Origin: Chloropicon primus | Taxonomy: Eukaryota | Direction: 5' to 3' | NCBI GenBank assembly: GCA_023205875.1 | Contig: CP060762.1 | Coordinates: 1-64,000, forward strand | Length of the DNA stretch: 64,000 bases | Part shown: positions 30,713-39,260 of the stretch, one piece after another | Position numbering within the stretch: position 1 is the first letter of the stretch | How the letters are laid out: every line of letters begins with the position of its first letter | Translations under genes and position numbers: made by a program | Notes under the pieces: model-generated | Told to the model about the DNA's origin: nothing | Database searches by the model: none | Seen by the model: only the letters and a program-made list of their open reading frames with translations

Positions 30713-32125
30713 ATGAGGTACGACGTGAGCGCGGAGGACCTGCGGCCTGTGTTGAGCCTGAGAGTGGAGGACGATGTCGGTGCCCCTTCCCCTTCCGCTT
30801 CCCCCTCCGCTTCCGCTTCCGTTTCGTGGGGTTTGTTCGATCCCCACGCGTTTCGCAAAGTGTTCGAGCAACGCAAGTTGTCCTGGGATTGGCTTCACTT
30901 GCAGAGGACGACGACCGCGGAGGACGAGGCCTCGGCGTGGAAGGTCGAGCCACGGGCGACCGCCATGGCTGCACTGGTGAGGATGACCTCCGCCTATCGA
31001 AAGGAGTTCGAGGGTTGCGTGCAACAACACCAACACCAACACCAACACCAACATCAACATCGACAGCAGCACCAGGTGGATCCGGAAGCGGAAGGAGTCT
31101 TGTTGGAGGCCACGAGCGGTGCCTTCGATGCGGTTTTCGATTGGTTGGGTCTGTTCCTCTCCCTCCGGCCCGGCAAGGGGGAAGGCGCTTGGAACAAGGA
31201 GTGGGCGGTGACCCAAGTGGTCCAGGTCATGGTGAACATGGAGTTCTGTCGAAGGAGGAACCACGGGGCCTATGTCGAGATCCTGGTGGAAGTTTTGGGC
31301 TCGCTGAGGCAGAGCGAGGCGGCGTCCAAGCTCTGCTTCGGGGAGACGATGGGCAACCTCCAGGAGACCGTGAGGGAGGAGGGGAACTCGTCCCTGTTCG
31401 CCAAGTCCTACTTTTTCCTCAGGGTGTTCCCAGCGATGGCGAAGAACCTGGGCCCGCTGCTCTTGGAGGACAGCCTGCTGGAGCTGCTGTTCCTCCTCAG
31501 CCGGCGGCCGGTGACCCAGTCCGAGGAGATCTCCAAGATCGCGCACGACTGCATCGGCTTGGTCTTCTCCCACGCCCCGCTTCCGCCGAAGAGGCCCGGA
31601 TGGATGTGGATGAGTGGCAACCACCACGGCGAGGAGGAGGACGGCTTCGGCAGGCTCTACGTCTCAGAGTCGCTCCGTCTGTACCCCACCTCGACCCCGT
31701 ACAACCAATTCGCCCTCGCTGTGCTCTCGATGGCAAAGAGGCAGGAGTTTGGAACTGGCACGGCTTTGTATTGCGCGAGGGGGATGGCGAGCCGGGCGGC
31801 CACGCTCGAGTCCAAGGGGGACCACATCCACGCGAGTGCCTTGAGGAAGCTCTTGTTTGGTTTGGTGAACGTCGTTCCCCTCGCTGCGGTGGCCGACCTC
31901 GTTGTCGAGTACGAGGCGATCATCGCAGCCGCGGCCGAGGTGGGGCACTCCTCCGGAGGAGGCCTCGAGGGGAAGCGCAAAGTGAGGTCGACGCTGCTGC
32001 AGGAGTTTGCAGCGGTTCTCGATGCGAACGGGGATTACTTTAGGAAACCCGACCTCGCGGCTTGGCTGCAGCGCATGATGAGCCCGGGAGATCCAAGCCA
32101 CCATGGCCACCGTTCCATGTTGTAG
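30713..32125 (+). CDS. Helical-repeat protein resembling plant At1g73970/PEX8; C-terminal PTS1-like SML
   Basis: FFLRVFP, YVSESLRLYPTSTPY and DYFRKPDLAAWLQ resemble motifs I recall from the land-plant family. The protein ends ...HRSML*. Confidence 0.65.
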   Translation: MRYDVSAEDLRPVLSLRVEDDVGAPSPSASPSASASVSWGLFDPHAFRKVFEQRKLSWDWLHLQRTTTAEDEASAWKVEPRATAMAALVRMTSAYRKEFEGCVQQHQHQHQHQHQHRQQHQVDPEAEGVLLEATSGAFDAVFDWLGLFLSLRPGKGEGAWNKEWAVTQVVQVMVNMEFCRRRNHGAYVEILVEVLGSLRQSEAASKLCFGETMGNLQETVREEGNSSLFAKSYFFLRVFPAMAKNLGPLLLEDSLLELLFLLSRRPVTQSEEISKIAHDCIGLVFSHAPLPPKRPGWMWMSGNHHGEEEDGFGRLYVSESLRLYPTSTPYNQFALAVLSMAKRQEFGTGTALYCARGMASRAATLESKGDHIHASALRKLLFGLVNVVPLAAVADLVVEYEAIIAAAAEVGHSSGGGLEGKRKVRSTLLQEFAAVLDANGDYFRKPDLAAWLQRMMSPGDPSHHGHRSML

Positions 32126-32215
32126 TATCGAGACACATCGTCTGGATAGGGCTCGCCGTGCGTCCTTGTACATGATTGCCTTGAAAAAAAGTGGAGGAGG
32201 ATCGTTGTTGTACAA

Positions 32216-32782
32216 TTACAATTGCACCGCAGTGCTTGTCTGCTCGTACCTTGCCCCACCTCCGTACTTGTTCGCCCCCGTGGCGTCATCCAGGCCACCC
32301 TCGCCTTTGGGTCCCACTTCCACGCACGCCGATCCGATCTGCCCGTTCGCGTACTCGAAGAGGGACACCCCCACGGGCTTCTCCACCAGGGGGCTGAGGT
32401 CCTTGAGGAACCCTTGCGTCTTCTCGCTCGACATGTTCTCGTTGAAGTAGCTCACGTTCTTGTACCTCTCCCAAAAGTGGAACTGCTTCCCGTCGTGCGT
32501 GTCCTTGGTGCACTCGAAGGACAGGATCCCCACCGCGTTTGCTTTCATGTCCTCGGCGTACGACGCGCAGAGCTCCTGGACCTCCCCCTCGCTCCCCTCC
32601 TTGGCGATGACCATCTTGTTGCACACGACGTTCTTGTCCCCGCCCTTTCTCCTCGCCTGACACGCCAGGCCGCTCCTCCCCCGAGGGTTGACAGGCCGCG
32701 GCAGCGGCAGTGGCAGTCCACCCCTCTCCCCTCGCACCATTCCCCGTCGCAGACCCCTCGCACCACACGCTCCCGTCACCAT
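32216..32782 (-). CDS. ABM (antibiotic biosynthesis monooxygenase)-like dimeric alpha-beta barrel protein, probably plastid-targeted
   Basis: AKEGSEGEVQELC..GILSFECTKD..KQFHFWERY and an Arg-rich transit-like N-terminus. Confidence 0.75.
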   Translation of the reverse strand: MVTGACGARGLRRGMVRGERGGLPLPLPRPVNPRGRSGLACQARRKGGDKNVVCNKMVIAKEGSEGEVQELCASYAEDMKANAVGILSFECTKDTHDGKQFHFWERYKNVSYFNENMSSEKTQGFLKDLSPLVEKPVGVSLFEYANGQIGSACVEVGPKGEGGLDDATGANKYGGGARYEQTSTAVQL

Positions 32783-33370
32783 CGCACTCCTCCTCTTTCC
32801 CTTCTCGCGTGAAACTAAAACCAAAGGAAGGAAGGAAGGGAAGAAACACTCAAGGGTTCAAGTTAGGTTTTGTTCAGTTCATCATCCCCAAAAGCAAAGC
32901 CCTCATCATCTTCATCATCATCATCCTCCTCCCTGGATGGAACGGACCTGGGGCTGGTCCTTGTGCCTGCTGGCCTCGTCCTCTCGAAAGGAAAGACACA
33001 CGTTCGTCCCGGAACCCTCCTCCTCCTCCTCCTCCTCCTCCTCCTTCTCGTCGTCGTCGTTGTCGTCGTCGTCTTACCTCGTCGTCGTCGTCCGCTTCGG
33101 AACTCTCCGTGAACTTTTTTTGCTTTTGAGGATAAGGGGAAGGATGACTCCGAGCCAGGAGGATGGATCCTCCATCACGGGACCGGGGGAAAGGAGAACT
33201 TGTTCACAGCGGGAGAAAGGACAACAGAGCAGAGGAGGAACATACACACTCCTCTCCTCTCCTCTCCACTCGACTCGACTCGACTCGTCTCCACTGGACT
33301 CGCAATATTATTAATAGCATTATTTACAGTTGGAGTGGAGTGGGTGTGGTGTGGGTTGCGTCAAACGTCT

Positions 33371-34381
33371 TCAAGTGGGGATCATGAGGTCAGCCCTCTT
33401 CCTCGTCTTCCAGACGGTGATGGCGTTCTTCTTGTCGTTGAAGTCGACTTGCGCTTTTGCTTGGACGGGGTTCTCGCCCAGGGTTTTCACCTTGCGATGC
33501 ATCACCCTCTGCAGGGCCAAGCCAATGGGGCACTTAATGAAGCACCTCTTGTCGAAGTGGGCGTAAAGGTCGTTCCAGGGGGGGACGTCGAGCAGCAGGT
33601 ACAAGCCCTCCACGATCACGATCTGGTGGTGGCTCTCCACGCGGATGGCCTCGGGGACCGGATCGCCTATTGCATGGTCGAAGCTGGGAAAGGACGCCTC
33701 GGAACCCGGCTCCGTGATGTCGATCACGGACTCCACGAAGGCCTCCGAGTCGAAGGTCCAGTGGGATCCCCGCCTCTTGTGCGCCAACTCCGGCCTGTGC
33801 ATTTGGTCGAGCTCCGCCCGCGTGTAGTGGAAGCCGTCCATGGGCACCACCGTGGCAATGGCCTGCTGGTCCTCCGCCCTGCAATTGATCTTGCTGCAGA
33901 GCCTCTTGGCGAGGGTGGACTTGCCGCTCCCCGGGCACCCCGCTATGGCCAACACGTACCTCACCCCCTCGCCCCCTGTGGCCGCCCCCTTCCTCATTTC
34001 CTCCACCTCCTCCAGGACCTCCTCGGCAAGCGCAGTGCACGCCTTGTCCGCCTTCCTCGAGTGAAAGCACTTGACATCCCGCTCGCGGTCGTGAACGATC
34101 CCATCACCAAGAAGGCTCACGCCCCCTGACGCCGTCCGCCGCCGAGCACAACAAGCCAAGACCTTCCCTCCTCCCCGTCCTCCTCCTCGTCCCCCTCGTC
34201 CTCCTCGTGAAGGGGAACACGAGTTCTCGCGAGTGCAAGGTATTTCCCGGAGCAAGGGGTTGAGTTTTCTTTCAAAGGGACCTCCCCTAGCCATCCAGTG
34301 CCTCTCCCCTGGCTCTCCTCCTCCTCCTCCTCCGCTCCGCCCCGCTCCGCCCTGCGCCCTGCCGAGGAGCGCCATTGCCAT
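33371..34381 (-). CDS. P-loop kinase of the PRK/uridine/pantothenate kinase superfamily (Yfh7-like)
   Basis: IAGCPGSGKST, VPMDGFHY, RRGSHWTFD, PSFDHAIGDP, IVIVEGLYLLL. Confidence 0.9.
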   Translation of the reverse strand: MAMALLGRAQGGAGRSGGGGGGEPGERHWMARGGPFERKLNPLLREIPCTRENSCSPSRGGRGGRGGGRGGGKVLACCARRRTASGGVSLLGDGIVHDRERDVKCFHSRKADKACTALAEEVLEEVEEMRKGAATGGEGVRYVLAIAGCPGSGKSTLAKRLCSKINCRAEDQQAIATVVPMDGFHYTRAELDQMHRPELAHKRRGSHWTFDSEAFVESVIDITEPGSEASFPSFDHAIGDPVPEAIRVESHHQIVIVEGLYLLLDVPPWNDLYAHFDKRCFIKCPIGLALQRVMHRKVKTLGENPVQAKAQVDFNDKKNAITVWKTRKRADLMIPT

Positions 34382-34557
34382 CGCCGCTTTTGGCTTTTTT
34401 CCAGCAGAGAGGAGACGATGGATGAGGATGATGGGTGAGGAGGAGAGGAACGGAAGAAAGGACAAGGACGTGGATGATGCAGGAGTGTAGATCGGTAGAT
34501 CCCATCGCTCGCACGCTGTGGCGTGCGTTCCTGGTCCCAATGGACGATGATGTTTGG

Positions 34558-35619
34558 TTAAAATCGTGTGGCGTGGGTTAGCGCGGGCCCCAACGTCTCG
34601 TACTTGAACTTGAATCCCACGTCTTTGGCTTTCTCTGGCACGACTTTCTGCCCCTCGAGCACCAAGATGGCCCCCTCACCCAAGAGGACTTGGAGGGGCA
34701 GGTCTGGAACCGCTGGCATGAACATTGGCCTCCCGAGACACTCCGCCAGCGCCTTGCAAAACTCGTTCATGACCACCGGGTTCGGCGCTGTCCCGTTGAT
34801 CGGTCCGGAGATGCCCTTGTTCTCCACGGACTCCACGATGAGGCTCACGAGGTCGTCCCTGTGGATCCAGCTCATCCACTGATCGCCCGCTCCGAGAGGC
34901 GACCCGATGAACAGCTGGAACAGTGGGATCATCTTTTCCAGAACCCCTCCCTCTTTGGAGAGCACGAGGCCCGTCCGGAGGCAAACCACCCGCGGTCCCT
35001 CCCCTTCCCCGGACTCCGAAGCCGCGTGGGCCGCGGCCTCCCACTCCCTGCACACCCCCGCGAGGAAATCGCTGCCGCAGGGAGAGTCCTCCGTGAAGGT
35101 GGCGCCGAGGGAGGTGCCGTAGAACCCGATGGCGCTGCCGCTGACGAAGACCTCGGGCTTGTTTTCGGCCGCCCGGATCAGATCGGACAGGTACCTCGTC
35201 GTGTTCACGCGGGAGTCAAAGATCTCCTGCTTGACTCCCTCGCTCCAGCGAGTGCTTATGGGTTCTCCTGCCAAGTTGATGACGGCCTTCGTCCCCTCGA
35301 TCCCGTCCTTCCACTCGCCCTTGCTGTAAAACCCGAGCTGACTGAACTGCCCCAAGGTCTCCCTCGCCCCAGCCTTGTCCCTCGTCAGCACATTCACCCT
35401 GTCCCCCTTGGAGATCAGGCGCTTGACGAGCTGCCTCCCCACCAACCCCGTAGCCCCCGTCACCGCGAACACGTTGTCCTCCGCCCTCACCACCACCACC
35501 CTCCTCCTCCCCGACGCCCTCATTCCCGACGCCCTCATCGGCGCTCTCAGCCTCCTCGCCGACGCCCTCCTTGGCGCGTACGCGGTGCCCCTCCTCTCCC
35601 TCCGCAGCGGCGACGCCAT
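34558..35619 (-). CDS. GC1: Epimerase family protein SDR39U1 / GC1 (SulA-like plastid division factor)
   Basis: VTGATGLVG, VINLAGEPI..RW, FVSGSAIGFYG, DFLAGVCREWE, GDQWMSWIHRDD, LLGEGA.LVLEGQKV.P. Confidence 0.93.
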   Translation of the reverse strand: MASPLRRERRGTAYAPRRASARRLRAPMRASGMRASGRRRVVVVRAEDNVFAVTGATGLVGRQLVKRLISKGDRVNVLTRDKAGARETLGQFSQLGFYSKGEWKDGIEGTKAVINLAGEPISTRWSEGVKQEIFDSRVNTTRYLSDLIRAAENKPEVFVSGSAIGFYGTSLGATFTEDSPCGSDFLAGVCREWEAAAHAASESGEGEGPRVVCLRTGLVLSKEGGVLEKMIPLFQLFIGSPLGAGDQWMSWIHRDDLVSLIVESVENKGISGPINGTAPNPVVMNEFCKALAECLGRPMFMPAVPDLPLQVLLGEGAILVLEGQKVVPEKAKDVGFKFKYETLGPALTHATRF

Positions 35620-35858
35620 GCGCTCTCAGCCTCACACTTCGGATAACGTTATCGTGGAGGAGGGACGAGGACGGGAACACAAGGGGAGGGAGAGACAAAG
35701 ACAAAGACAAAGACAAAGACCGACGCCATCGTGATCGTGTCCTGGGCTTGACGAAACAAACCCGCGCTCCAGGCGAAAACCTTGTTTTGCAGATACTGAC
35801 TACGCAAACACCTTGGATGGGTGGAGTTGGGAATGGATTGAGGGACGTCAAGAAGTTG

Positions 35859-36370
35859 ATGAGGACGACGAGGGCGAGGAGGGGGGTGCTGGGGCGAGCG
35901 GAGGGTTGCTACGGGAGGGAGAGCAGGGGTGTGACATCGCGGGGGTGGAGGCGGGGCGGGAGGAAGGCCTGCGCGCGAGCGGCGGGGGACGAGGACCGGA
36001 ACGGGGCGAGTGAAGTTGTGGGGGAGACCGCCGCGGAGGAGGCGGTCACGAAAGGATTCGGTAAGCGTGCTTCGAGGGGTTGCACTCCTTCCCCACCGCA
36101 CCTTGGGCAGGGCGGCTGACGCGCACGGGGTTATTGTTTTTGTTTTTTTCTCTCCTTCCTCCAGTGGAGGACCGGGCTCTGCAGGAGCAGATGGCGAAGA
36201 AGAAGCTGCTGAAGATGAAGGAGGAGGAGGAGATCAAGAAGGGCCAAAGGACGGCTATCATTACGGGGACCATTTCAATTTTGCTTGGCGTCGCTTGGCT
36301 CGCGATCGTGTTCCTTCTCGACTCGAGGGGAAACACGCTGGAGCCACCTCCGCCGGAGGCCTTCCTGTGA
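35859..36370 (+). CDS. Small plastid-targeted single-TM protein; exons 35859-36060, 36165-36370
   Basis: Arg-rich transit peptide. GTAAGC..CCAG intron rejoins in frame (G|TG). C-terminal AIITGTISILLGVAWLAIVFLLDSRG..PPPPEAF. Confidence 0.75.
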
Positions 36371-36503
36371 TGAGAGAGGGGGGAGGGTGGCAGCAAAGCA
36401 GCTCCTGCCAGGGAAGCAACGCTTACCGTTTCGATGCTTACCGCTCGGGCGTGAAGGGCTTTTTTGTAATTCTATAATGAAGGTTCCAATAATCCCTCGT
36501 GGG

Positions 36504-36552
36504 CTTCGACCTCGAGGAGGAAGTCTTCGACCTCGAGGAGGAAGTCTTCGCC
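36504..36552. repeat. 21-bp tandem repeat cttcgacctcgaggaggaagt x2 plus a partial copy
   Basis: Copies start at 36504, 36525 and 36546 (partial). Confidence 0.85.
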
Positions 36553-37162
36553 CTTTCTCTCTCCCTCTCCAACCGCCTCACCGCGTCTCTCCCAGAACCC
36601 GTGCCCTCAAATAGCCTCGTCCCTTTGTCAAGCGATTGCTCTTCTGAGGCATCAGGAGAAAGTCGAATACCTCGGTACGTTCGGTTCTCTCCACCAGGAC
36701 CTCACCCTTCCTTCCTTCCTCCATCCCCTTTCCCTTGTTCCTCTCCTTCCCCTCCATGGGATCAAGTGAGGACTCTTTGGAGAGAGCAAGAGCAGAGGGA
36801 AGAGACCAGGATTATGCCAACCTCAACCCCTCCTCCTCCTCCTCCTCCTCCTCCTCCTCCACCTGCAGCAGCACCCTCATCACATTCTCTAGGAAACAAA
36901 ACTGAGCAAGTGAGGGCTCTTTGGAAAGATCAAGAGACAATGCATCCATCCCTTCATCCCTGTTTCCCTTCCTTCCCTCTCCCACCATCACCATCACCAA
37001 CACCAACACCATCACCACCACCCTCCCCTCCCCTCCAGCTTGAGAGGGGAACGAAGGAAGCCAGGACCAGACAGAGGACTCGGGGGGCACGACGCCGTGC
37101 GGTGCGGTGCGGTGCGGTGGCACGGCACGGGAAGGGAAGCGAAGGGCAAGAAAGGGAAGGGG

Positions 37163-38194
37163 ATGGTTCGGTTCGGTCAGGTTGTGGTCGGCGCTGCTGG
37201 GGCGGGGAAGACGACTTACTGTAACGGGGTGAAGCATCTTCTCTCCCTCGAGGGACGGCCGAACCTCTTCGTGGTGAACCTGGATCCAGCGAGCGAGAAT
37301 TACGCGTACGAGTGCGACGTGGACGTCAGGGACTTGGTGTGCGCCAGGACGGTGCAGGAGGAGTACAAGCTCGGACCGAACGGGTCGCTCGTGTATTGCA
37401 TCGAGTACCTCGAGAACCATTTGGAATGGCTGCACACTCAGCTGAGGGGGTTGGGGGGGAAGGGGAAGGGGGAAGGGGATGGGAGCGGAGGGCCTGGCGA
37501 TGACTTGTATGTCGTGCTCGATTGCCCGGGGCAGGTGGAGCTCTACTCTACGCACGACAGCTTTCGAGCTATCTTGAGAAGTCTAGAAAAGTCCCTCGAG
37601 TTTCGCTTTGTTTGCGTCAACTTGGTGGACTTGCAGCTTTGCTCGGACCCGGGCAACTTCCTTGCAGCGATACTCCTGTCGCTAAACGTGATGCTTCACC
37701 TCGAGTTGAGCCACGTGAACGTGCTCACCAAGTGCGACCTCCTGGGAAGGTACCAAGACTTGGCGATGCCGTTCGACTATTTTTTGGAGGCGCAGGACCT
37801 CTCCCAGTACTTTCTCGGGGACAGGCTGAGCGGGAGGCTGGACGCCAAGTTCAACCGCCTGACCGAGAACCTGTGCGAGCTCGTGGAGGACTTTTCTCTC
37901 GTGAGTTTCGTTCCCGTTGCCGTGGAGGACGGGAAGTCGATGCACCACCTCATGAAAGTGCTGGACAAGTGTTTGGGGTACACAGCCGCAGCAGCATCCG
38001 CGGCTTCGGGCCACGGGGATCCAATGGACCAGAGGCAGGCGCTGATGGAGTCCTTGGACGCCTCCCTTGCTGCCGAGGGCATCAAGCCCGACTGGTATGA
38101 GCACTTCATCAAGTTCGGGGCCCTCCGTGAATCTCAGCAGGGTGGTGGGGGGGAGCAAGGTGTTGGTCAGGGGGGCGCCAGCGGGACGGAGTGA
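37163..38194 (+). CDS. GPN2: GPN-loop GTPase 2
   Basis: FGQVVVG..GAGKTTYC, VNLDPA, LGPNG.LVYCIEYL, DCPGQVELYSTH, HVNVLTKCDLL, ELVEDFSLVSF. Confidence 0.93.
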   Translation: MVRFGQVVVGAAGAGKTTYCNGVKHLLSLEGRPNLFVVNLDPASENYAYECDVDVRDLVCARTVQEEYKLGPNGSLVYCIEYLENHLEWLHTQLRGLGGKGKGEGDGSGGPGDDLYVVLDCPGQVELYSTHDSFRAILRSLEKSLEFRFVCVNLVDLQLCSDPGNFLAAILLSLNVMLHLELSHVNVLTKCDLLGRYQDLAMPFDYFLEAQDLSQYFLGDRLSGRLDAKFNRLTENLCELVEDFSLVSFVPVAVEDGKSMHHLMKVLDKCLGYTAAAASAASGHGDPMDQRQALMESLDASLAAEGIKPDWYEHFIKFGALRESQQGGGGEQGVGQGGASGTE

Positions 38195-38296
38195 CGCAGC
38201 CCGTTCATGCGCCGGATTTGGTTCCTAGCCACACCACTTGAGACGGTATTCGTTCAGCAAAAAGAACGTGTAATCAATATCTTAATCAATATATTA

Positions 38297-38980
38297 TCAA
38301 AATGTCTCTCTAGGTCTGTCGCAGGTTCTTATCATGGTGAGCGCGTTCCTGAAACCGTCCCTCAGGGCACGGTCGTGCGGGTTGATCTCAAGACCCTGCT
38401 GAAATGCCTTGGCCGCACTGCTGTAGTCGCCTACGCCGTACAAGGCCGAGCCCAAGTGGAAACCGCTGGTGCAGGAGTTTGGCTTCAGCTCCTTTATCAC
38501 CAAGGCGTCTTGCAGGGCTTTCTCATGCATGCCGAGCCTGGAGAAGCACAGGCACCTCAGCCGGAAAAGGTTCGCAGAGCGTGGCGACAATGCTATGCAG
38601 GTGTCGAGGAGGGAGAGGGCCTCCGAGAACTCCTCTCTCTGTATGCGGGACTTTGCTTTCCGCCTGAGCTCGATGATGTTCTCTGGAACGCCCTTCTTGG
38701 GCGACTTTGAAGTGAAAGAGGATGGTGACGAGGTGGCGTACAACTCGTCGGACATGGAAATGGACGAGTCCGAGAGGGACGGGACCGGAGAGAACGAGCT
38801 CACGACGCTTTCGTCTAGTCCTACTGGTCCGGTGTCCTCCCCGAACCCAGAGTCCACTTGACTCGTTTGGTCCTGGTCCAGCGCCGAAGTTGAAGCCGTC
38901 TTGTTCTCGTCCTTCCCCTCCTCGTTGTTGCGGTGCCTCCCCTCCTCCTGCTGACCCCCGGGAACGGGACTCCCCTCCAT
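38297..38980 (-). CDS. TPR-repeat protein with acidic/Ser-rich N-terminus
   Basis: About three TPRs: FSEALSLLDTCIALSP, LGMHEKALQDA..LKP, GDYSSAAKAFQQGLEINP. Confidence 0.85.
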   Translation of the reverse strand: MEGSPVPGGQQEEGRHRNNEEGKDENKTASTSALDQDQTSQVDSGFGEDTGPVGLDESVVSSFSPVPSLSDSSISMSDELYATSSPSSFTSKSPKKGVPENIIELRRKAKSRIQREEFSEALSLLDTCIALSPRSANLFRLRCLCFSRLGMHEKALQDALVIKELKPNSCTSGFHLGSALYGVGDYSSAAKAFQQGLEINPHDRALRDGFRNALTMIRTCDRPRETF

Positions 38981-39260
38981 CTTGTCCCACCTTGGCCTTG
39001 GCCTTGGCCTTCTTCCCCCTCTGGACTGTGGACACTTTTGACCGATTGAAGAGAGGAAGAGGAAGGAGGGATCTTGCTCCTCAGAGCGCGTCACTGGACA
39101 TGTGCGGAGGTGGAGGGGGTATGGAAGGGGAGAAGGAGATGCGGACACCTTTGGCACGGAAAGATGACTAGGATTGTCCTCAACCCCCCTTCTCCCTTGG
39201 GAAACAGACAGACAGACCCGTCAAACGTCATCAAATCATTCGATGGATCACAACAAGTTA

